Part shown: positions 8,319 through 16,385 of the stretch, piece after piece | How positions within the stretch are numbered: position 1 is the first letter of the stretch | How the letters are laid out: each line of letters opens with the position of its first letter | IMG/VR virus record: IMGVR_UViG_3300012971_000071 | Coordinates: 1 to 28,364 of that record | Reading direction: 5' to 3' (one strand) | Source of the DNA: a virus | Taxonomy: Duplodnaviria > Caudoviricetes | Length of the DNA stretch: 28,364 nt | Made by a program: the position numbers and the translations under genes | Notes under the pieces: generated by a model | What the model was told of the DNA's origin: nothing | Database searches by the model: none | The model's input: the letters and a program-made list of their open reading frames with translations, nothing else

Positions 8319-8723
8319 TTAAGCCTCCGTCCATGCCTGCTGTTTCTGCCAGACGCCGCCCGAGTCTTTGACTTCGAGCTGCACGCCATTTGAGAGCGCG
8401 ACGTATCGCGCGAGTGGTGAAATATAAACCGGCGTCGCCGGCGGCACGACTGACGCGTAGTCGACAGTCAGAATGTCGCCTGTGAGCGGCGCAGTGCCCA
8501 TCGTGAACTGATTCACGTCAGTGATCGCGAAGTCGAGCGTGCGCACGCCGTTCAAATAGACAGCGAGCGAGCTTGCCGTGAAGTTGTTCGCTGTCGTGTA
8601 AATTTTGTTGCCGCCGTTGATCAAGCCGCTCGGCGTCTCTCCAGCGACGCCAGTGTGAAACTGATCACCAGCTGTGCCAGCAGGGCCTTTGATGTTGCCG
8701 ATCTCACTCCACGCGACGGGCAT
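8319..8723 (-). CDS. Small fibre-associated protein
   Basis: 134 aa with GGAGG about 10 nt before the ATG. Contains a GETPSGLINGGN..VYLNGV module and a C-terminal ...WTEA module. Confidence 0.75.
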   Translation of the reverse strand: MPVAWSEIGNIKGPAGTAGDQFHTGVAGETPSGLINGGNKIYTTANNFTASSLAVYLNGVRTLDFAITDVNQFTMGTAPLTGDILTVDYASVVPPATPVYISPLARYVALSNGVQLEVKDSGGVWQKQQAWTEA

Positions 8724-9669
8724 TGGTAACTTTCCTCCATGTTGACTCTTTCAACTGCCAGACATCACCTGTCACTGTGTTCAGGAAGAGATCGTAGTTC
8801 TGCGAATCAGTGATGACAGTCGGGTCGCTCGCGCCGAAAAACCACATGCTGCCGCGCTGACCTTTCTCGCCAGGTGCGCCTTGAGGACCTTGCGATGCGA
8901 CTGACTTCGCTGTTGCTCGAGCTGCTGCTTGCGCTTGATGAATGTCGCCTGTCAATGTGTCGAGATACATGTCCTGCTCTTTCGCATCAATGATCGTCGA
9001 GGACATCTCGGGCGGGCCGGTGTCAGCGAACCAGAGACTGCCGCGCTCGCCTTTCTCTCCCGGAGGCCCAGGCTCGCCCTGAATCACGATTGTGTCGCCT
9101 TGAATGATCTGCGCGCCCATCGGCGGCAGCGACTGCGTGACTTTCGCGGGGACGTCGAAGATGTTCGCTTTCGAGTAGGGCGTATCAGTGCCGAAGATCA
9201 CGTTGCGCACCTGCAGTTGCAGCGTCGCGATCAGATGCCCGTTGATCACGTCTGCATCGAACGCGATGTTCATCACTTCAACGCGCGGTTCCCAGAAGTA
9301 GAGCGCCTGCATCAGCGCGACTGTCGCCTGCGCAGCGTCGTTGATCGGTAGATCGATGATGCGCGCGTCGACACCGAGCGTGCGCTCGAGCGCTGCAGAC
9401 ATGATCGTCGTCGCGAGAATCGTCTTCGCATTCTGAAAAATTTCTTTGAACGAGATCGCGCCGAAGTCGATCAGCTCGAAGCTGAGCATGTTCAGCGGGA
9501 TCCCTTCAGCGTCTCGAAACATGACGCGCCAGTTCTGCCCGAGATCGTTCGCGCCGTAACCGATAAAACCGTCTGGAGCAGGCGGAGCAAACTGCATGCT
9601 TGGGAATGGTTCAGCGAGCGCTGCCGACCCTGTAGGGGGGCTTATAGAGCTGGGAAAGCCGTTGCTCAC
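8704..9669 (-). CDS. Baseplate W (gp25-like) protein with a C-terminal collagen/fibre-like extension
   Basis: 321 aa, GTG start overlapping the U stop, TAGGAGG upstream. Core EIFQNAKTILAT...LERTLGV...IDLP...WEPRVEV is gpW/gp25-like. It is followed by two copies of (GxP)nGERGS.W...D.YL.T.TGD. Confidence 0.85.
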   Translation of the reverse strand: MSNGFPSSISPPTGSAALAEPFPSMQFAPPAPDGFIGYGANDLGQNWRVMFRDAEGIPLNMLSFELIDFGAISFKEIFQNAKTILATTIMSAALERTLGVDARIIDLPINDAAQATVALMQALYFWEPRVEVMNIAFDADVINGHLIATLQLQVRNVIFGTDTPYSKANIFDVPAKVTQSLPPMGAQIIQGDTIVIQGEPGPPGEKGERGSLWFADTGPPEMSSTIIDAKEQDMYLDTLTGDIHQAQAAARATAKSVASQGPQGAPGEKGQRGSMWFFGASDPTVITDSQNYDLFLNTVTGDVWQLKESTWRKVTNARRVE

Positions 9670-10139
9670 AGTGATCCGCCTCCTATAAAGCGCTGAGCGA
9701 AGCCCGGAACGCCGAATCTGTCGAGCAGACCCTCAGTGAAAGGAATGTATTCCTTGAATGTCACGCTCAGCTCGACGCCGATCAGCTGCCCTCCCGGCAG
9801 CCAATTCTTGTGATGCTCTTGCAGATCAGTGATCACGAACAGCGACAGACCCGGGCCCATCGGTTTTCCGCCCACGATCAGCGGCGCTGCGAGCGCAGCT
9901 TCATGAAACAGATGAAACTCAGCGAGAATCGGCAACGGGTCCCCGCACCACGTCGACTGCAAATTGATCCTCATCTCGATCTCGACGAGATCATTGCCGG
10001 CCCATTCGAGCAGCGGCTTGCGAAGATGCACCATGTGCGCTGCGTAGCGCCCGCTGTATTTTTTCTCGATCTCATAAAACGTCATGATGCGCTTGCGTGC
10101 CTTGCCGAAGACGATCGCGCCGTAGATGCCCTCGATCAT
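9666..10139 (-). CDS. Tail protein, P2 GpU family
   Basis: 157 aa. IGxxGxIVF-type start, H.VHLRKPLLEWAG.DL.EI, FVI..L.E and V.FKEY. Confidence 0.88.
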   Translation of the reverse strand: MIEGIYGAIVFGKARKRIMTFYEIEKKYSGRYAAHMVHLRKPLLEWAGNDLVEIEMRINLQSTWCGDPLPILAEFHLFHEAALAAPLIVGGKPMGPGLSLFVITDLQEHHKNWLPGGQLIGVELSVTFKEYIPFTEGLLDRFGVPGFAQRFIGGGSL

Positions 10140-10915
10140 CGCATTGCCTCCACTTTCGCTGTAAGGAACGCGAGCTTGCGCTCGAGCAGCGCGACTCGCT
10201 GCGCGAGATCAGCTTCGCGACCTGTTGTGTGATAGCCGAGGTTGTCGTGATGCACGCCCGTCTCGTCAATGTTGCCCGTCACGACGACGTGCCCGATCAG
10301 GTTGATCGTGTCAGCTTGCAGCGTGATCGTCTTCTGCTTGATCGTCACAGTGCCAGTCGGACTCTCGACGTTCACGTTCGCGTTCGCTGACTTCACGAGC
10401 ACATCGCCGTCGCCGATGATGTTGATCTTCGCGCTGTCAGTCGTCTTGATGTTGACGTCTTTCTTGATTGTCGCGTTCCAACCGCCTTTGAAGTCTTGCG
10501 TCAAAAACACGTCAGCGCCGTCATTCGCGTCGAATTTCTGCGTGTGCCCGCCTTCCCATTCTGTGTAGTCGAGCTTCGGGTCGCTCACAGGCGGCGGGTC
10601 TTTCGTCGTGTAGAACGAACCGATCACAAGGTAGTCGCTCGTTGCATTCGCGAGCTTCATCACGACGACGTTCGTGTCGAGTCGCGGAATCGCATACTGA
10701 CGCTTCGCTTGCGACGCGACCTGCAGCACTGGGATTGGCTTCGTGTTGAGCGGCGTGCCTTCGTGATCGATGCGATCAGGCATGATCACGCGCACGTTCG
10801 CCTGCTTGTCGGTGCACTCGATCTTGCTGACTTTGCCGATCCAGCACGCGCTCTTGAAGCGCATGTCTTTGCCGCTCGTGTAGTCAGTATCAGAGAGGAT
10901 GTTCTTGAGACTCAT
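10136..10915 (-). CDS. Baseplate spike, gpV family
   Basis: Start re-called at ATG 10915 (TGATG overlap), 259 aa. OB-fold IGKVS...VRV...IP.LDTNVVV...VIGSFY...PP, then beta-helix repeats and a His-containing tip. Confidence 0.88.
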   Translation of the reverse strand: MSLKNILSDTDYTSGKDMRFKSACWIGKVSKIECTDKQANVRVIMPDRIDHEGTPLNTKPIPVLQVASQAKRQYAIPRLDTNVVVMKLANATSDYLVIGSFYTTKDPPPVSDPKLDYTEWEGGHTQKFDANDGADVFLTQDFKGGWNATIKKDVNIKTTDSAKINIIGDGDVLVKSANANVNVESPTGTVTIKQKTITLQADTINLIGHVVVTGNIDETGVHHDNLGYHTTGREADLAQRVALLERKLAFLTAKVEAMR

Positions 10916-12069
10916 CAGATGCCTTTCAAGCAGCGTCGCACTTCGAGTTCTGTGTTGAATTGCGGCCCACACGTGTGATGCGCCGAGACGATGAAATAGT
11001 TGCCGTCGTATTGCCCGACGCCCTTCAGCACGAACGTCGTGCCTGATGCGATCAGCGGATTGCCGATCGACATCTCGATCTTCGCGTTCTCTTTGTCTTT
11101 GTTCTTGTCGCGAACGACTGACTCGGCTTTCAAGTTGTTGCCGGTCGCGGTCTCCCAGCTGTCGACAAGATTCGGGTCCCCAGCGGTGCGACCCCCATCG
11201 CCGCCGTTCTCGCCATCATCGCCCTCTTCGTCTTCGTCTGCAGTGTCAGTGCCTTCAGCGACGTGCTGAGTCCAATCGCTCGTGAGATCAGGGTCGCTGC
11301 TCTGCGCAAAGCCTTGCGACATCTCTCCTGTCTTCACGCTCGTGTGCGACACTTTCGCTTTCTTCGTCTTGTCTGTGAGCTGCGTGACGAAGTGACCGCC
11401 AGTCATCCTGAAGCAGTTCAGACCGATGCCGCCTACTTCGTCGCCATAGACGATTGTCATCGTTGGCGCTTTCGACTCATAGGCAAGCTCGTCAAAAAAA
11501 ATGATCTTGCCACGGCAGACCTTGATCGCGATCTTCGCGTCGTTCGCGCGATTCTTGAGAAACGCGAGACCGCTCTCTTCGACTTGCTCGATGCGCGTGT
11601 ATTTCGGATCATGATCGGCTTGCCAATCGACAGTCATCTTGTTCTCGCCAGCGATCTGATTCGCAACAGTCTGCAGCGTCGTGTTCTCCCAGCCGCGCGT
11701 TTCATCATTCGACTTGATGTTCGCGTCAGTTGGAATCGATGATCCTTTGATCGTCACTGTGTGATCAGGCAGCGTGAACTCAACGCTGTCGATCCAGAAG
11801 CGGCCGCAGTCGAGCTTCAGCCCGCCTGCATACGGCGCGAACCAGTTCTCAGCAATGATCGCAGCGTCGATGAAAGTGCCTTTGTCGGGCATCCAATCGT
11901 TGATGAAGCGACGATCGCGATCAGCGAGCTTGATCTCTAGATCGTCAGCTTTTTTGCCATCACTGTTGTCAGTGTAGCTCATGCTCAAGAAATACGGCGC
12001 GAGCTGCGTGAAGTAGTCTGCACCATTCACGACGATCTCTGGGTGTGCTGTTCTGACTGGGACAATCAT
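10915..12069 (-). CDS. Baseplate hub, late control D-like protein
   Basis: 384 aa. SMSYTD...ADDLEIKLAD, LDCGRFWIDSVE, RGWENTTL..VA.QIA, EQVEES.LAFL and GNPLIASG....LKGVGQYDGNYFI. Confidence 0.92.
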   Translation of the reverse strand: MIVPVRTAHPEIVVNGADYFTQLAPYFLSMSYTDNSDGKKADDLEIKLADRDRRFINDWMPDKGTFIDAAIIAENWFAPYAGGLKLDCGRFWIDSVEFTLPDHTVTIKGSSIPTDANIKSNDETRGWENTTLQTVANQIAGENKMTVDWQADHDPKYTRIEQVEESGLAFLKNRANDAKIAIKVCRGKIIFFDELAYESKAPTMTIVYGDEVGGIGLNCFRMTGGHFVTQLTDKTKKAKVSHTSVKTGEMSQGFAQSSDPDLTSDWTQHVAEGTDTADEDEEGDDGENGGDGGRTAGDPNLVDSWETATGNNLKAESVVRDKNKDKENAKIEMSIGNPLIASGTTFVLKGVGQYDGNYFIVSAHHTCGPQFNTELEVRRCLKGI

Positions 12070-12299
12070 GACACGATGAGACTCTTCTCTTGTTCGTCAG
12101 GTAGTTTGTCGAGCTTCAGACGCCCACCATGCAGTTGATGTCTGATGAAATTGAGCACACTGCGACCATGCTGCGGCGAGAGCGCTGCAGAACGACACGT
12201 CGGCTTTTTTGCGCCAGCGTCGAGCGTGTAGACGAGCACCGCGATCGCGACGATCTGCGTCTCGAGCTGCTCTTTGTGTTCGTTGTTCTCAGCACTCAT
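12066..12299 (-). CDS. Hypothetical protein
   Basis: 77 aa from ATG 12299. It fills the X-D gap exactly, with ATGA overlaps at both ends. No family recognised. Confidence 0.65.
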   Translation of the reverse strand: MSAENNEHKEQLETQIVAIAVLVYTLDAGAKKPTCRSAALSPQHGRSVLNFIRHQLHGGRLKLDKLPDEQEKSLIVS

Positions 12300-12610
12300 G
12301 GCAAAATTGTAGCCGACTTCCACGGCACGAGCGGGATCTCAGTCGCGACTGCGACTTCAGGCACGACGACAGCAAGCCCTGCGGGAAAGATGCTCACGTT
12401 GCGCAAGTAGTAGTTCTCTTCAAGCAAGCGATACATCAGCGACTCGTTGCCGCGCTTGAAACCGTAGACTTTGATCGCGATCACGTCCCAGACGTCGCCT
12501 TGAACGCTCACGTAGATGCGCTTGCCTGTCGTGTCGATCGTGTATGGCGGCGACACGCTCGGCGGCGTGACGTCGACAGGTGATGGACTTATGATTCGTG
12601 AATCAACCAT
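12296..12610 (-). CDS. Tail protein X (LysM-like, P2 gpX family)
   Basis: YVSVQGDVWDVIAIKVYG...LLEEN...IFPAGLAVVVP...LVPWK, preceded by a Pro-rich N-terminal extension. Confidence 0.9.
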   Translation of the reverse strand: MVDSRIISPSPVDVTPPSVSPPYTIDTTGKRIYVSVQGDVWDVIAIKVYGFKRGNESLMYRLLEENYYLRNVSIFPAGLAVVVPEVAVATEIPLVPWKSATILP

Positions 12611-15158
12611 AGCCGCTTTCGTAGCTCAGACGCCTCTCTTGATATTGTGCGCGCTTGAAGTTCTCGATGAACTCGCGCGCGAGATTGCGCAGCTTCGCCT
12701 CCAACGCCACCTGTTCCGCTTCGCTCGCGTTGCCATTGATTGTGATGTTCGGCGTGAAGTTCAAATGCGTCGTGTGTCCCACTGTTCGAGCCGGAGCCAT
12801 TCCCTCTACACCGAGAATGTTTTGGATGCCGCCTAACAAGCCGCCGCCGCTCGCTGTAATGTCAGCCGCTTTGTCGTATGCGTCATGGATCATCTTTGCA
12901 GCTGCGGAGACTGATGGTGTAATCGCATCCGCTCCCTCGAAGAATTTCGACAAGTCGCCCATCGGCAGCACAGCTTCAGGCCCACGCTCTGCGAGCGTCG
13001 CGATCTGCGGTGTCTTCGCGATGCCACCCATCTGGTAGCCGCGTGAGGCGCGATACGCAGCTGTCTCTTTCTCGCCGGGGGCGCCCTGTAGTCCGTAGTA
13101 GTCTTCGCCGTGCTGCTCTTTGATCGCGCCTTTGATCTCGTTCGCCATGCCTTGATCAGTCAGCCCGCCAAGCGCGTTTCGTCCAGCAGCGATCTCGTCG
13201 ATGTATTGACCGACCTGTTGATAGCGCGCGTCTGACAGACCTTTTGCCATCACAGCTTGCGTCTCGCCGCGCTTGTAAGGCCCATAAAACCCGCCTTTGA
13301 TCGCAGCTTCAACGCCTTTGTAGGTGCCTGCTGCCTTCTGTGCGACGAGTCGGTTCGTCAGCGATTCGAGCACATTCTTCTGATCTTCAGCACCGTGTGC
13401 TTCAGTCGCGAGCGTCGCTGAGATCAAGTTGCGCAGTTCAGGTCGCCTCATCTCAGCCATGATCTCTGCGCGCTCATCTTGCACTGCTTTCACGCCAGCT
13501 GGCGTGAGCGGCATCTGAGCAGCTGCTGCTTGCGCTGGCGCTGTTACAGCTGCTGCTGCAGCTGCGCCGCCTCCTGCTGCGCCAGGTGCACCACCGCCAC
13601 GACCGAACCATTTCGATGGGTGCATGATCGTGTCTTTGATCTCGCCCCAGTATCGTTTCCACTCATCGATTGCGTCGCGCCACTGCTTCGCGAAACCAAA
13701 CGTCCAATCGAATTTTTTGAACCAGTCAGTGAAGTCAGTCCAGTTCTTGTAGAGCTGCGCGATCGTATCATCCCACCATTTCGAGAGTTTGCCGAAGACC
13801 TTGCCCCAGTCGATGCTCGCGATCTCTTTCCACAGCCCTGTCTCTTTGAAGTCGTCAATGATGTTTCACCACTCGGTATACCACCAATTGAAAAATTTCT
13901 GCCAACCTGTCTGCTGATCTTCAGGGATTGCGCGAATGCTCGCAACATAACCCTGCACCGCTGCCTTGACTGTGTCCCAATTCGTCGCGATCAGCAGCAC
14001 GGCAGCGGCAAGCGCGAGAATGGCCGTGACTTCTGGCATCGCGATCGCGGCTACAGCGAGATTGACTGCTACAGTCGCAGCTTGCAATAGCCACATACCG
14101 GCAACGATGGCAGCGATCACGATCGCGATCTGCTTCCAGTGTTGGACGACCCACACAGCAGCATCACCGAGTTGCTTGAAAAATTTCTGGCCCTCTTTGC
14201 TCTTGAACCACGGGATGACTTTTGTCTTCAAATACTCAACCAGGTCTTTGAGCTTGTTCATGAACCAATCGACTGCATTGAAAAGCAGCTTCTGATTCTC
14301 AGGCGTCAATATCTGCAGCCACATCTCAGCCATCCTTGCTTGCGCTGGCAGAATGCGATTGCCGATCTCTTCGCGCATGTCTTGCAGACGATTGCGGAAA
14401 ATCTGAATCTTGCCTTCAGGCGTCTCAGCCAAGCGCTTGTTGAACCCCGCGATGCCCTTCGCTGACATGATGCGCAGAATCTGCTCGTAGATTTCCTGAA
14501 AGCTCTTTTTGATCTTTCTGCCTTGGCTGTCGACTTTATCAGGCGAAATGAAGACGCCGAATGCTTGCATGCCTTTCGTCTTGCCGTGAATCGCTTTGAC
14601 GTATGCTTCGGCAAGCTCAGCAGCCTCTTGTTCGCTCGCGTTGACACCGCGCGTCTTGACGAGCAGATCGCCCAGTGCTCCGACTGCTGCTTTGATCTGA
14701 CGCGGTGGCACGCCGCCCTGCGCAAGCTGCTTCGTCATCTCGTTGTAGATGTCAGTGTGCAGCACGCCCTGCTTGCCGAGCGCCTCGTTCTGCTTGTAGA
14801 TGATGTCAAGCTGATCTTGCGCTTTCTTCCACGGGTCCCCAGCCTTCGCGATGTCTCGCAGCTGCAGGAACGACGCGATCGTCGAATTGATGCGTTGACG
14901 CGCCTCTTTGGCCTGATCCGTAGCTCCAGTGAACAAACTGCGCAGCAGCTCACCGACGCCAAGCCCTGCGACAGCAGTTCCAAGCAGACCGATCACGCCA
15001 GTCAATTTGAGAATCGACTTGCCGAAAGCGAGCGTCTGTGTGCGCAGTTTCGTCAGTCGCGCGCTCGCAGCGTTCATCACGCCCTTGAACGACGCGAGCA
15101 TCTTCGCGCCAATCGCAAAGATCGCGGTGTATTGTCGAGTGCCTGTCGCTGCTGCCAC
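12603..15158 (-). CDS. Tail tape measure protein interrupted by one in-frame TGA at 13866-13868 (readthrough, nonsense allele or sequencing error)
   Basis: GTG start with a perfect AAGGAGGTGA SD. Helical Ala/Lys-rich N-terminal part, a hydrophobic segment, then Trp-rich amphipathic repeats that continue for 80 stop-free codons past the TGA, in frame into ORF 12603..13625. The C-terminal GYQMGG...LAERGPEAVLP motif is typical of TMPs. 851 codons in total. Confidence 0.85.
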
Positions 15159-15165
15159 TACGTCA

Positions 15166-15378
15166 TCACCTCCTTCGCTTTGCTGATTCTTCTGCTGCCT
15201 TCTGCTCTTGCTCGAGCTGAGTCATCAGTTCGCGCATGTAGCGCACAAGCTCTGTGACAGGCAGCCCTATCCAGTAGTCGACGCCCCCACCTGCTGAGCG
15301 CGCCAAACGCAACGTGATCGAGCGTAGGAGCGCTGTTACACTTTCTCCTCTTCCGGCGAGCTGCCACAGGCTTTTAGG
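15166..15378 (-). CDS. Tail assembly chaperone -1 frameshift extension (lambda GT / P2 E+E' equivalent)
   Basis: The -1 frame opens just before C-CTA-AAA-G (15378-15371) and reads SLWQLAGRGESVTALLRSITLRLARSAGGGVDYWIGLPVTELVRYMRELMTQLEQEQKAAEESAKRRR. It stops at 15166, next to the TMP start. Not in the supplied ORF track. Confidence 0.75.
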   Translation of the reverse strand, partial: PKSLWQLAGRGESVTALLRSITLRLARSAGGGVDYWIGLPVTELVRYMRELMTQLEQEQKAAEESAKRRR

Positions 15379-15788
15379 ACTTCAAGCCGCAGCGGAACGT
15401 AGACTCTGCGCGGCAGTTTGTAGATCACGCCGAGCGGAACGTCTGCGAGATTCTTCGCGATGATCGCATGATATAAGTGCTTCATCTCAGGCAACGGCAT
15501 CGCTTCGTTGCGATCCGTCTTGTAGAGATGCGTGAACTCGCGTTCAGCGCGCTGGAAGTCCTTGCCTGTCATGCTCTCGAAGTCGAGAATCAGCTCGTTG
15601 AACTTCTCGCCGTCGTATTCGAGCGGCGGATCGAGCTTTACTCGTAGCGGCAGAATCGGTTTGTCGATCGCAAGATCCCGATACTGCTGCTGCTCCTGCT
15701 GTTGAGCGTCTTCGACAACATCATGCTGATCATTGACGTGCTCTGACGACGTTTGTGGTTCTCGTTTTTGTAGTAGTGATTGATCCAT
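15336..15788 (-). CDS. Tail assembly chaperone (P2 gpE / Mu gp41-like)
   Basis: 150 aa between tube and TMP. KLDPPLEYDGEKFNELILDFESMTGKDFQRAE...IYKLP. Confidence 0.85.
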   Translation of the reverse strand: MDQSLLQKREPQTSSEHVNDQHDVVEDAQQQEQQQYRDLAIDKPILPLRVKLDPPLEYDGEKFNELILDFESMTGKDFQRAEREFTHLYKTDRNEAMPLPEMKHLYHAIIAKNLADVPLGVIYKLPRRVYVPLRLEVLKACGSSPEEEKV

Positions 15789-15817
15789 TGGGTAGTTTTA
15801 CACAACAACACAGCGCA

Positions 15818-16345
15818 TCACAAGCCAATCAGCTGACGAATGCGTCGAGCGTTGTCGACGAGCTGGATGCCGTCCGACCAGCGGCACACAGCGTTCTCTT
15901 TGTTCAGCTCGAACATCACCTTGTCATTGTGCAGACAGCGGATGCCGATCAGTTCGTATTCGCTGACAGATTCACCCTTCGCACCGACTTCGAGCTTGCC
16001 AAGATTGAAGCTCTTCGGCGCTGTGGTCATAGTGTATCTCCAGCCCTCGTGAACGATTTGCCCGGTTTGGCTGTTGTGCGCTTGCAGCGCTGCCCACGCG
16101 TCAAGAATTGCGCCATCTTGAATCGTCGCGAAGACAGCGTCGTCTGTGATCGTGATCCAGTTGAACGTCACAGAGATCGCTTGAAAGTGAGCCTGCACCG
16201 GCATGTCGATCTCGCCGAAGATGCCGCTGCCTTTGAGCGCATCAGTCAAGTTCTGCAAGTTCGACAGTGTGACGTCAGCCAACCCGATGAGTCGGCGTCC
16301 GTCCTTGAAGATTGAATAGTTCGCTACATGGTTTGGGATGATCAT
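15818..16345 (-). CDS. Major tail tube protein (P2 FII family)
   Basis: 175 aa. IP..VANYSIF.DG..LIGLADVTL..L, LKGSGIFGEIDMP, LGKLEVG, ELNKEN...DG...IR..IGL. AAGGAG SD. Confidence 0.92.
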   Translation of the reverse strand: MIIPNHVANYSIFKDGRRLIGLADVTLSNLQNLTDALKGSGIFGEIDMPVQAHFQAISVTFNWITITDDAVFATIQDGAILDAWAALQAHNSQTGQIVHEGWRYTMTTAPKSFNLGKLEVGAKGESVSEYELIGIRCLHNDKVMFELNKENAVCRWSDGIQLVDNARRIRQLIGL

Positions 16346-16385
16346 TTTGGTCGATGCTCCTTGTGTTGTGCTGCTGTTGCTGTGT

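Noticed and set aside
349-8723. Diversity-generating retroelement or invertible fibre switch
   Set aside because: No reverse transcriptase, recombinase or near-identical DNA repeat was seen; the module similarities are protein-level only.
13820-13868. Selenocysteine at the TMP UGA
   Set aside because: No evident SECIS-like hairpin directly downstream and no redox motif; the context is amphipathic TMP repeats.
15158-15367. 69-aa track ORF between chaperone and TMP
   Set aside because: The other alternative frame (-1) carries the chaperone-extension motif; this one has no SD or protein-like pattern.
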